This document shows, piece after piece, positions 48,132 through 60,712 of a stretch of 64,000 nt of DNA. Every line of letters starts with the position of its first letter. Position 1 is the stretch's first letter. The DNA is taken from NCBI GenBank assembly GCA_002269645.1, contig NIVC01002188.1, forward strand, positions 1-64,000, written 5' to 3'. The position numbers and the translations under genes are program-made. The DNA is from Macrostomum lignano. Its lineage: Eukaryota. The notes below the pieces were generated by a model. It was not told where the DNA came from. It ran no database searches and was given only the letters and a program-made list of their open reading frames with translations.

Positions 48132-50112
48132 GTCTGATACCTGGCGATGTGTATTAGACAGTATAGAAAATATTGTAGTATCCACCCTTTCTGCACATTT
48201 GCCTTTCTATTTTGACTCCATTTTGAATTGGTGCCACCACAGCCCCTGGTTACAGATAGTCCAGAAATTGTCCTAGTTACAGAAACTACAAATATGGGAC
48301 ATAGGAATCAGAAAACAGTAGAAGAGGGTAGGGTCATGAGCACAGGGGTAGAGGTGAGGGAATTACAATAGGAAGGGGCAGATTTGCAGAGTGATAACTG
48401 TACGTGCAGAGACGGAAGCAGCAGGGGGTGTTAGTGTTAGAGATGGCTAGGATTCGCAATCAATCCAAGGACCCGGTCTCTCTGCTCCTAGACCTCAGTC
48501 CTAGTACCAAGGCCCCTCAAAATAAAAAAATATATTTGTTGCATTATCGTGGATAGAAATTACATTATTCCGTACTTAATTTGGAGTTATAATAAATTTA
48601 TATGCTGTTGTTTTTAGATTATCTGCTTCTTTCTAGTTTTCAAAAATTCTAAAAAAACTCCACAAAAAATTACAGGAAAGTGTGGCACTTGTGACAGCTT
48701 CCTTCTAGTTTTGACCAGTAAAGAAATGACCCCACTTCACTATGTTCTAATATAACTTAAGTCGTTAACTTTTAAACAGAAGAAAAGTATATGAATAATT
48801 GAAATTACTTTGTTTTGTCACAGTCTATCTTTTCTAAGTGCGTTTTCACTATCTTATTGGCCACTACACTATACTTGACCCGATTTGGGGCCACATCAGT
48901 CCAGAACGGGTATGCTAATTTTGCTGGTTTTTTGGCCATAGATATAAAAAAACATTCCACGTTGGCTTTAGGTGTTGAGCCATGACCCGAATTTGGGCCA
49001 TCTGTCTGCTCATGGTTAAACATTACGAACGTGTTTGAGCTTACCTATATGGCTAAATATAATCTCTTTATTTATGACGATGATCATACAGACACACATG
49101 TAATTAACAACTTCTTACAAATAAACTTTAAAATAATGATAAATTAAAATAGTGTGAAACTTTATTTCTTGTGTGTGAGCATTGATTGCTTTGATTCACT
49201 TCTGTCCCAATCTTTCACAACTTTCTGCTGCGCCTGCTAATGGTACTAAAACAACCTTCCTATGCGTATTTAATTATGAATTTCTTGTTATTAGCTTTTA
49301 AGTTTCAAATAAAATAAGTTACTTTTTTTACCATATGCTTTACTTTTAGTAGTATTATGCATGCAAGTTTTTAAAATGATTATTTCTTACTTTTTTAGCT
49401 TTCAAATTGCTTAGATGACCTCTGTGTTTTACTAAAAAGATGGAATAGCAAAGACGTGCATTACGAAGTCTGTTTTGGAAAAATATGTGCAAGATTTCCA
49501 TATTTTCTGTGTTAACTTTAACAGATTAATGCTTATTAATGATTATCAGTTAACTTTCAGTTAACTTAATGAAATTAGGAGTTAAAAAGTTAAGATTTTT
49601 TTGTTTTAACGCTAACACTTTTGCTATTAACAGAAGTTAAGATTTTCATTAACGGTGCCCAACACTGTTGGTTACTACAACCATTATAATGTCCTAGGTG
49701 GTCCTAGGCCTAGTTTACCACATTAAATTATTATGACACTGAATTTTAAATAAATGAACCAAGATGAGTCCAGTAAAGTATACATTAGTAAAAGTATAGC
49801 TTTTAGTCTTTAGTAAGTAAAAGTATATATGCTTAAAGAAAGTGATAAATTTGATAGATATAGGCCTAATGATAAAGAATAAATTGACATAAACACTAAA
49901 AAAGAAAATTTTTTTGTATTATAGGTAGGCCTAGTTAGTTTCAAATCTTTTATTGTATTAGTATTTATGAATATAATTGAATAAATAGGCCTATATATAA
50001 TAATTATAACAATAACTATTAAGTTGCTGATTAATGGTAGAAAGAATAATATAATTGAGATTCAATATTGTGGCCATCTTGGTCTTACATCACTGCTGAC
50101 TATTCCAAGAGA

Positions 50113-50946
50113 TGGTGTTAGGCACTTCCATTACTGAGTAACTTGCAAATGGTAATGTAAGTTACTTTTTTGTGAAGTGTTCCTTACGCAAGTTACTTTT
50201 CTATTTTGGTAATGGAGTAATGGTAAGTTACTCAAATTTCAGAAGTCTATTATAGTTACTTTGCAACAGTCCTAATATTAAATTTAAAACTGATATGCTT
50301 AGCTATTAAGCCGGTTGTCACATTTTTAGCATTTGTCATTCCTAAATTCAAAATTAAGCAAATAGTATTGTATGGTATTGCGCTGTAATTAATGAAGAAA
50401 TACTTGAAACATGTTTTTACTTTGTTAATTTTAGTAAAATATTTTTGCTTTTTGTTTTAAGATAATAAAAATATTTTGTGTAGTTCTTAGTAACAAACAA
50501 CCAAGAAAGAAATTCATCTGTATTCTCCACAAGTCCATTGGCACTGCACTGCACTGCATATAATGTTATTAATATTATTGTTATTAAAAATTTAAAATGC
50601 AGTTTGTCTTAAGGTTTCTGACTTTCAGCTTCTTTTCTTTTTATAGAAATGGCCTAGTACCAAGTGCTTAAAATTTAATAGTTACTAAAATTAATGTTGT
50701 TATATTCTACCTGGCTTTGGCGATAATTTCTGCTGCTCCTGTGCATCTCAATGTGAAAAAAGCAGAAAATTTTGTTAGGCCTAATAACATGGTTAATGGA
50801 AGTGAGTAATAGACAGTAACTTAAAACAATAAAAGTTATTGGGTTTTTGTATAAAGTTACTAGGCTAACATAAGTTACTTTTTAAAAAGTTGTAACTTAA
50901 GTTACAGTAACACAAGTTACTTTTTTGAGTAACTTGCCCAACACTG
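50113..50946. mobile_element. hAT-type MITE, 834 bp
   Basis: 8-bp TSD CCAAGAGA (50105-50112 / 50947-50954); right TIR CAGTGTTGGGC, left decayed TGGTGTTAGGC; subterminal AGTTAC/GTAACT repeats. Confidence 0.82.
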
Positions 50947-52532
50947 CCAAGAGAAGTGCTTTGCAACTTTCTGTAGGCCTAGGCCTACTTAGTGACTCAT
51001 TATGCCAAGTTACTATGTAGGCCTAATGCTGCTTTTAAGACCTCCACATTTTAAAGACTTGCACACATCTTAAGTATGCTTTAGTAAACATGTTTTAGTT
51101 CAATGTTTTTTAATTTGGTGTCAATATAATTTAATGTGGGCAACAAGGATATTGCCTGGTTTAGACTAGAGTCTTACTATAATTACCAAAATGACTTGCT
51201 TGTCAATGAAACATTGGACTTCTTCAAGTTTAGGTAGAAAAAATTATTCTGATCACTATGGCCTATGGATTTACAACAACTAACTAGGCCTGCCTTAGGC
51301 CTCAATATTACATTGTCTTCGAGTTTGCCTAATTTCTGACATTAACATCCAACAGAAATGCAATAAATGTATATTTTACTTTTGAAATTAGCAAAAATTA
51401 AACAATATGATAGCATAAAAAAGCAGAGAAAGCACAATTATGCATATCTGGGCGTGGCTGATTGCTGAAGACTTCGGTGGGGCCTATGAGATAATGACAG
51501 CTTGGTCCTTTTATAGATAGCTGCTATTAAAGCGGCCGCGACATGTCGTCTTTTACAAATAAATTTTGGGTGATGGTGATTCTCATCGAGAAGTTTCGGA
51601 GGTTTTGAGGTTTTTCAGAGGTTTCATTTCGAACAAATATTTTTGCAAAAAATTTTAATACTGTACAAAAATTGAAATCTTACTGAAATTTACTAATGAA
51701 TACAAATTTTCTTTAGAAAATAGCTCGGAGGTTTCGGATTCTTTTTAATTTTGCTTCTGATAGGCACGCGCGGAAATTATTTAACTGTTTTTATGCGAAG
51801 TGGTAATGACCAACTGACACATTTTATGCCATGCCATTTTCATTGTTTCCTTTTCATTTTATAAGCGCAAAGTTGCGAATAGTCTCAAGTGTGTGTTGTT
51901 CCCTTTCAATGCATATTCGCAACTATCCTAATTTTTACTAGTCCTGTCCATGTAATTAAAAACAGACACTATCAATATTTACCAATACGAATTTCATATT
52001 GCTTTTGACTTGGTCTTAAGAAAGCTATCAATTTTTAAGCCAGACTAACTAAATTAAGACTAACAAGACCAAGTCAGTATTTTTTCATCAAGTCAGTATC
52101 AGTCGCTATTTAATATAGATTGTTAGTCTAAGTAACTAAAGGCCCTAAGTATTTTACTAGGCATCTATATTATATTGTAAAATATATTTATTTTATTTCA
52201 CTTATTTGATATTCTTTTTTTATTTTACATCCAATATACAAAAAAATTTATTTTTCTATTTTATAGTATTTACTATTTTTACATCATCATCTTAAATTCT
52301 AACACACAATGCACACAAGATAAAGATTTATTACCTAAGCCTCTAATACTAGTGAATAATTCTCTTCACAAAGCTTTAAAATGGCAATTTTTTATTTTAC
52401 TGCTTTACCTCTACCTATAAAATTGAAAGCTCTAATGATCTGAAATTTTTATACTTTTAATTTTAAATATAATTTGTTAATAGCTTTATATTCAGTTATA
52501 ATTTAAGTTGATATAGTCGAGTACAATTTCTA

Positions 52533-52572
52533 TTCCCTGAAGATGACTGCTTGTGTCAAAACGCGTTGGCTA
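52533..52572 (+). ncRNA. Decayed minimal type-I hammerhead ribozyme motif (Penelope-like element type)
   Basis: CC-CTGAAGA-T-GAC(tgcttgt)GTC-aAAAC-GCGT-t-GG: core, stem II and palindromic stem III AACGCGTT present; conserved G12 appears mutated to A. Confidence 0.5.
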
Positions 52573-54637
52573 TTATAATAATTTATTATATGTTGGTGTT
52601 GGCCTTCATTTCTCTATTATTTTTTAAATGAGCATTGCTACCAGCCAATTTCTATTACTCTTATACGTTAGTAACTTGCTTTAGTTTTTGTCTTTTTATG
52701 CAAATATTCAAAGTAAATAGTAGCTTGTACTTATGTATGCCTAGTCATCACATTTTTATTCAATTTTTAATTTACTTTATAAGTAAATTGTTTTAATATT
52801 AAACAAATATACTCTCTTATCATCCACAGTAGTTATCATGCCGATGAAATGCATGGTGCCAACCATGTTGGGGAGAAGGCTCTAAATCTTTAGATTTTCT
52901 TATGATGTTAAGTACTTACACTAGACCATATACTAAAATCTAAATATACTAAATCTCTAATATTTGTTTGTTTGTATGCTTGTATAAGACTAACATTGTA
53001 TTTCTCAATCATGCCATCTTTCCAGAACCCATCAAACTATGGAAATTTGTACAAAGCAATGGCCTACTAAAATACCATTGCTCATGATGATATGCTTCTA
53101 GAAGTCGCAGCGCAGTTGGCGCGATATGCTTTTGGCACGGCTCGACTTCAGCGTTTTTGCTCATCATTGCATCACTCGAGTCCCATTGTCGCATTTTTGG
53201 GCTTCCAGCATAAAAAATCAACTGTTTCGATAGTCCAATTGGAGGCCATGAAAGGCAATGTCAGACATGCTGGTGCCAATCTTGGAGAGGAATTTGCAGC
53301 CCACCTGATTGCCCTGTGGGAATTGTGCCAAGGGAACTCACACCAATCATTTTTGTCCAGCAGCAGCAGCCGAGTGTTACTGATCCAAATGGAACTCACT
53401 ACAACTGACATAATGCGACTGCCCGATTGCACTTTGCTGGCAGTAGCGGAAACCACGCACTGGAGAAGCATCGCCTATGTTCCTCACCCTACAATATTGA
53501 GGTCTCGATCACGTCAGTGGTCTTGACGATGTAGGATACAGGCTCAGAATGCAGGCAGGAGACCAGGCAAGCGGTAGTTCAAGCATGGTATTGGCAGCTG
53601 AAACAAAGCATGTTGAAATAAAAGGTATTGATTACTTTCATCTATAACTTTTCATAAACAATCAATTTTAAAAGTCAATATGATTTGACATAATGATTTT
53701 CCTATACATTTATTCTTGCAATCTTTAAAGATGCCAATACATTTATATTGAAGAAATTATATTATTTTAAAATAAACAATGCCAAAAATGTGTCCAATGA
53801 CTTTTTAGTTTTAACTCTAGTAAATATATTGGTATCAGCTATCTAGTTTATTGCTCAACATGATTTTTAGCATCAAACAAAGGTGGTGCAATACATGTAT
53901 AAAGTCTTACTGTAAGCATTTTGTTTGTATAAGAACTAACTCACACGTGTTAGAGCTTTTGTCAGCAGTAACAGTTGTGCAACTAGTGTTATTTATGAGA
54001 GAAAAGCTAATAGCTTTCAGTAATTAAAATTAATTTTATGATTAAAAGTAAAATGTTCGGCTTTAAGTAATAAAAGTAAAATGCATACTTGTAATTCCAG
54101 GCCCTTAGATATTTATAAAAAAACATTGAGACAACAATAATTCTGCTATTTACTTCTGTGAGGCAGTATGTCTTAACATAACATAACATCACATCAATGT
54201 CATAACATAATTCGAATGCAAAATGGTATGCAGCAGCAGCAGCACTCAAAAGTAAAAACGGGAAACGGATGAAACAGCTGTCTATATGTTTTCAGTATAT
54301 TTCAAGCAGCGCCTTCAAGTCGAATATTTTTTATTTTATTTATGCACCTTGAATGTAAATGCCAATGGCAACGATGACATTACCAGTGTGTTGTGTTGCG
54401 TAGTGTTTAAAAAAACCACTTTCAAAGCATGAAAATAGTTGCCTAAGTTAAATAATTTCCGCGCGTGCCTATTAAAAGCAAAACTAAAAAGAATCCAAAA
54501 CCTCCAAGCTATTTTCTAAAGAAAATTTGTATTCATTAGTAAATTTCAGTAAGATTTCAATTTTTTTACAGTATTAAAGTTTTTGTGCAAAAATATTTGT
54601 TCGAAATGAAACCTCTGAAAAACCTCAAAACCTCCGA

Positions 54638-57397
54638 GGGTGTGTATAAAAGCTGGCACTGGCACATTGGACACATTCGACACCCCTTTTTATAACAAAA
54701 TTAGATATGAAAATGCAAAATAAACTTGCGGAGATACTTTTAAATAATTAAAAAAATTGATAATAATAGAAATGACATCCTTGCTTTCGTGATAGATGAT
54801 TTGTTAAATATTCTTTGTATTATCGTTTTTTGTACATGTTTAATTTGGCATTCGATTTTTTAAAATAATCGCACATGCAAAAACTGCAGCTTGCAATGCT
54901 ATTACACTGTGATTTTACTACCCCGAAGGTTCTGTACTACAGGCGTACCGATTTAATGCTAAATATGCCTGATATATGAAATGATCAAACTAATAGTCAG
55001 AACTCAATTTTCCATAAAATGATGAAGCATTCTGCTCTTATCAAAAAACCACAACTTATTTTGTTAGGATTACTTCATGAAGAACGAACTTTGGATATTC
55101 CAAATTGCAAGTATTTCTATATTAAAAAAGTTAATACATTGGCAGATTATTTGATGAAAAAATTGCACCCAAAAAGTTTTTTTTACTTTGTAAGATGATG
55201 ATTAAATTAATAATTTCCAAGCTTCTTCTTTTATTAGTTCAATTACTTTTTGTATGATTTCAACCAACAAAAAAAGGAATAGCTACTCAGTGAAAGTTCA
55301 AATTACAGTCTCTTCTTTATATACAATCCTTTTAAGAAAACATTATTATGAATAATTTGCCAAGTCATGATATTTAAGAAATTGTGCTAATCATTTAAAT
55401 TATGAGTTAAAAAATGCAAGCATATAAGTAAAAAATCTACCTCACAGACCAAGAAGTCTTTTTACTGAAAGTTTATATGTGACGCTTTGAAAAAACAACA
55501 TATAAACCATCTTCACATAACATTTATTGTCATTTATTTCAGACCTAAATCCTTTAGCACATAAATATTCTGCACGTATGTTGCAGGGTATACTTCCTTC
55601 TTCTAAAATCCTACAAATGCCACAAAGTTTTAATAGGCAAATTTATTCGTATTGTTTATATTAATATTTCTATATTTATGAGAAGTTTTCCAATAAGAAC
55701 AAGTTCCCAATCAGTAAAACACTATATTTTAATTCTAATGTCCAAAATTATGGCATTCTAAGGGACCAAGTGATAGGTTTTAAGCTACTATTAGCACCTG
55801 CATGATTTATTTATTTAATACCTACACATTCCTTAATGTCTATAGTTCGCCTAATTGCCTAATTGCTAACCCTAATTCTAGCCTTCTTGGCTTACAAGTT
55901 TGAGTCTTCACAGCATATTATTCAATTCAAGCCCTACTAATTTTATTAGCCTCTCTTAATTTTATAAAATAATAATTTTCTTTAGTGTAACTGCTCCAAA
56001 AATTTCAACTTTAATTTAAGTGGTGTGCCGAAACACCACTTGCACCATTACAGCCGTCTATAATTTTTTTGTGCTAATTGGTTGACCACTTTCAATAATT
56101 TTCTTGGGTCAAGAGTGTGATATATGCATATTGCAGCATGAATTTTTTAAAGAATCCCTAATTTTATACAAGGAATCATATATATTTATAGAAAGTTAGC
56201 TCTTAGAGTAGAGATAAAGTACATAAGACTATTAATAGCAACTTTTCATACAATTGCTTATGGTAATGATTTCTATTGTTATAAAGTTACAAATAAATAA
56301 AAAGTTACATTGCATTTAAACTGTACTTTATGAGTTGTAAGCCTTTCAACTCAGAGTGCACTTCAATTGCTTTAATATACATTGCTAGATGTTATTTAGC
56401 ATTTCTTTGTTATTTATCATTTAACTCATTGCATTGTTTAATTGCTAATTTCATTTGCTCGGCTGCAATATTTATTACTTTTTATTAATGCCAATGTTTG
56501 TAATACTTTTTCTCCCCATTTTTAGTGTTTGTGGTATTCTTTTGTCAAATTTTAATTTTCTGCTGTATCTATCTTTACAAAAAATTGTACCTGTAAACTT
56601 ATGGTTTTTTGCTTACAATGGTACTGTACTAAATTATATTTATTTCCTTGTTAGATTCTCTAAATTGAAAAAGTAATGCACTGCTTTATTATCATGCATA
56701 TTGAATATTAAGGATAGTTAGTATTCCTTCCTTGAAAAAGATTCTAGAGTTGGATTCTATTTGATAAGAGAATAAATAATTTATTGAGTTTAAATGTTTT
56801 TAAAACATTAATTAATTGCATTTTGATGGAAATCACAACTTAAAAAATTATTCGTTTTTTTATTTAAGACACGGGGGATTTTAAAAATCCATATTAACAG
56901 CAAATCAAACATTAACATTATGGGAGAGAGAGAGAGAGAAGGATTAGATTCACTTTCACCATTGCTGTTGATTTATGGAAAGGCAGTAAACAAGCCAGAG
57001 CAGCTGCAAATAGTCAAATATGCCATGTCCGGCAATAAAATTCTGCAACTAGTCTGCTGCTCACTTTTTCCAACGTTTATTGAGGACAAGAAACGGCATT
57101 TAATGTTTCTATGTTTTCTGTAAGTGCACCAACTAGGTAAATGAAAATGACGTACCGAAAGTAGTTCGACAATAAAGCAAGATAAGAAATGAATTTAAAT
57201 GTAGAATAAAACTTGTTGATACTACCAATCTCATGGTTGTTAGAAGTATATGAAAAAGTGCAATTATAAATAAATATTTACATTTTTATTCGAAAGCCAA
57301 AGTATATTTATTCAAGCAAAACAACGATCAAAACTCGATTTTTGTTAACATAAGGGGTGTCCAATGTGCCAATGGTGCCCTGCTTTTATACAGACCC
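54638..57397. mobile_element. MULE-like non-autonomous element B (2760 bp) inserted in the right TIR of element A
   Basis: TIR GGGT(G/C)TGTATAAAAGC..GGCAC..TGGCACATTGGACAC; 9-bp TSD AACCTCCGA (54629-54637 / 57398-57406). Confidence 0.88.
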
Positions 57398-59146
57398 AAC
57401 CTCCGAAACCTCTCGATGAGAATCACCCATAAATTTTAAATAACGAGATTTTTTAATCCAAATAACAAAAGTATATTTATATACAAAAAGGTACTGTTGT
57501 TACTCGTACTATTATTGTTGCTAACTAATACCATTTTAATTTTTTCTCAAATATATTCAAGCCAACATGCCTTGAATCATAAATAAATAATGGGCTTAAT
57601 CTTAGGTCGCGCATTTAGTACACGCAGGACCACCGTTATATAGGTCCTATGGCAAAAAATCAGATCATAATGATTAAATTTAAAATATTAATAATTTTTG
57701 TTCAAAATTAAAGAAGTACTATTACAAATTTTCAGGCAATTAAATGCATTTGGATCAGAATTAAACTCAAAAAACGAATTGATTAAATGCGATGAATTAA
57801 GTTCATGTTGGGCTTTAAGAGAGAAGACACGTCGAAAAAAGACAAAAGTACATAATATTACTTATTTTTGCGAACTCTGGTATAAATGCAGAATCTCTAA
57901 CTACTGAAACTACGGTACTTTTTATTTAATGCATACATGGTGAGTCTTTTATAATTTTAAACTATAAGACAAATATATACCAATTAAATTTCGAAATAAT
58001 TGCGCGAAATCGGCCTATACATGTACATATGTGTTTGGCATCGCGCGCAGTAGTAAGCACATCTACATGAATTTACACGAACGTGTACAAGTCAAAGGAC
58101 CACTGATATATATATATAGGCCCTATATATAACAGGACGAAAGCTCAGATTCGTGTAAATTTTAGGAGGGTGATTAAACTCGATTTTTAGTATACAAAAA
58201 ATGGCTTAAAATAAAAAGTACATGCATGCAAAAACATTTTATGACAAATTCTACTTGATTCAATCTAAGAAGGAACAATAAACAAAAGTTCAATTTTGTT
58301 TGAACTTTTGAACTTACTTTTTGCGAATGACACAACTGAGTATAATTTGCAACAGTGGGCTTATGAAATGAAAAGAAAACAATATGAAAATTAAACTTTC
58401 ATTACGCAACTATAATTCATACTGCTATATACTGCCCCATATCAATTGCAGTTTGAAATCATTGATTTTGTGATTTAAAACATGATTTCTCATATACATC
58501 CGCTGTGTATTTTTTACAGGGAATCGACCTATAAAGTTTATACGATCTTTGCACAGAATGTGCGATCTTTATTACGTAAGTAATAACGAGTGTTACGTAA
58601 TATATATATATATATATATATATATATTACAGTTGTCATTGTTGGCACATGTACTTACAATGTACGAGTATACATGTAGGGTCTATTCGATCGACCAAAG
58701 CCTGACAAAGAGCGCTCTTGTGACGTTGATTTCTGATCAAGCGTTAGTTTTGTAAATCAGTATTTATTTAGGCTAGGGCCTGGGTCTATTCGACAGTGAT
58801 TCTTACTATACATGTATTATTACAACTGAGTACACATGAGCTTGTGTATGCACTCAAATAATATGCACTCAATTAAATCAAATAATAATGTATGACTGAA
58901 GTTGAGTTTTTGCTCAGACAAATAATAAAGCAATTCTACAAAAACACACCGGTATGGTACATTTTATTAATAGCAGACATTCAATGCCTGCTTGATTAAT
59001 TACATAAACTGTGACCTTAAGAATTCAAGAAGCGCAGATCGTGTAGTACGAGCTGATAATGACAATTTATTTATTTATTAAAATTAGCCGTCAGCCGCAA
59101 ATTAAAAGCGCAAAAATGCTTTAGCTGGGAAACAGTAGTTACTGGC

Positions 59147-59488
59147 TTACTCTTTAAATTTCCAGTCCTGCCGGCACATGGGGCACTGCTGCTTGCTCGG
59201 CTGCGAATTCAGCCACTTCATAATGCAGTGAATGTGAAAGCAGTGCGAGCACCGGCCCCAAACCAGTGGACAGTCGTCGCCGGGGAACTTGCACTCGGAG
59301 CAAACGCCGTCGAATGCGTTCCGACAGATGCCGCAGGTGTCATCGTTGGCTAGCCACTGCCAAGTGGCCACTCCGGTCCATTGGAGCACAGTCAGCTTCA
59401 GCCCTGTGCTGCCAGTCACCGTTGCTTGCGGCGCCGCTGCAGCCTCGGCTGCCGCTGCCGTTGAACTTGGGGCTCGATTGGTAGACAT
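59147..59488 (-). CDS. ANAPC11: Anaphase-promoting complex subunit 11 (RING-H2), intronless CDS, 113 aa
   Basis: WTGVATWQWLANDDTCGICRNAFDGVCSECKFPGDDCPLVWGRCSHCFHIHCIMKWLNSQPSKQQCPMCRQDWKFKE; ATG at 59488; AATAAA (TTTATT on plus) near 59070. Confidence 0.95.
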   Translation of the reverse strand: MSTNRAPSSTAAAAEAAAAPQATVTGSTGLKLTVLQWTGVATWQWLANDDTCGICRNAFDGVCSECKFPGDDCPLVWGRCSHCFHIHCIMKWLNSQPSKQQCPMCRQDWKFKE

Positions 59489-59589
59489 GCAGAAACGCAA
59501 GCACCGCAATTTTTCGTGTGTCGTTTTAAATAGCAAATATTAATGCCATGTTTTCGGCCTAAACTGTGGTTGTTACAAATGTAGGGCTA

Positions 59590-60712
59590 GGGGTCTTCAT
59601 CCCTTTCAGTTTAATTAGATCCATATCTCCCAACATTTGGTTGCTAGGGTCTTTCATCCCTTTCCCTAGATCCATATCTCCCAACATTTGGTTGCTAGGG
59701 TCTTTCATCCCTTTCCCTAGATCCATATCTCCCAACATTTGGTTGCTAAGGTCTTTCATCCCTTTCCCTAGATCCATATCTCCCCAACATTTGGTTGCTA
59801 GGGTTTTTCATCCCTTTCCCTAGATCCATATCCCCCAACATTTGGTTGCTAGGGTCTTTCATCCCTTTCCCTAGATCCATATCCCCCAACATTTGGTTGC
59901 TAGGGTTTTTCATCACTTTCACTAGATCCATATCTCCCCAACATTTGGTTGCTAGGGTTTTTCATCCCTTTCCCTAGATCCATATCCCCCAACATTTGGT
60001 TGCTAGGGTCCTTCATCCCTTTCCCTAGATCCATATCTCCCAATATTTAGTTGCTAGGGTCCTTCATCCCTTTCCCTAGATCCATATCTCCCAACATTTG
60101 GTTGCTAGGGTCCTTCATCCCTTTCCCTAGATCCATATCTCCCAATATTTAGTTGCTAGGGTCCTTCATCACTTTCCCTAGATCCATATCTCCCAACATT
60201 TGGTTGCTAGGGTCCTTCATCACTTTCACTAGATTCATATCCCCAACATTTGGTTGCTAGGGTCCTTCATCGCTTTTACTAGATCCATATCTCCCAACAT
60301 TTGGTTGCTAGGGTCCTTCATCCCTTTCCCTAGATCCATATCTCCCAATATTTAGTTGCTAGGGTCCTTCATCACTTTCCCTAGATCCATATCTCCCAAC
60401 ATTTGGTTGCTAGGGTCCTTCATCACTTTCACTAGATTCATATCCCCAACATTTGGTTGCTAGGGTCCTTCATCGCTTTTACTAGATCCATATCCCCAAC
60501 ATTTGGTTGCTAGGGTCCTTCATCCCTTTCCCTAGATCCATATCTCCCAATATTTAGTTGCTAGGGTCCTTCATCACTTTCCCTAGATCCATATCTCCCA
60601 ACATTTGGTTGCTAGGGTCCTTCATCACTTTCACTAGATTCATATCCCCAACATTTGGTTGCTAGGGTCCTTCATCGCTTTTACTAGATCCATATCTCCT
60701 AACTTACAGTTG
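59590..60712. repeat. 51-bp minisatellite, ~22 copies, with a 4-monomer higher-order repeat at the right end
   Basis: CCAACATTTGGTTGCTAGGGTCTTTCATCCCTTTCCCTAGATCCATATCTC; 17-aa periodic ORFs. Confidence 0.97.

Larger units (their letters stand above)
45589..49667. mobile_element. Non-autonomous hAT-type element (4079 bp) carrying nested insertions
   Basis: TIR CAGTGTTGGGCACC at both ends, perfect 8-bp TSD TTGGTTAC (45581-45588 / 49668-49675), subterminal (C/G)TTAA repeats. Confidence 0.9.
51568..57428. mobile_element. MULE-like non-autonomous element A (~215-bp TIRs)
   Basis: GGGTGAT..TCTCATCGAG termini, 9-bp TSD ATAAATTTT (51559-51567 / 57429-57437); left TIR 51568-51786, right TIR split into 54446-54637 and 57398-57428. 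Confidence 0.85.

Noticed and set aside
45770-48800. piggyBac terminal inverted repeats
   Set aside because: No TTAA-flanked CCC...GGG pair could be found.
59559-59977. MDLGKGMKDPSNQMLGD repeat ORFs
   Set aside because: 51-bp array translation.
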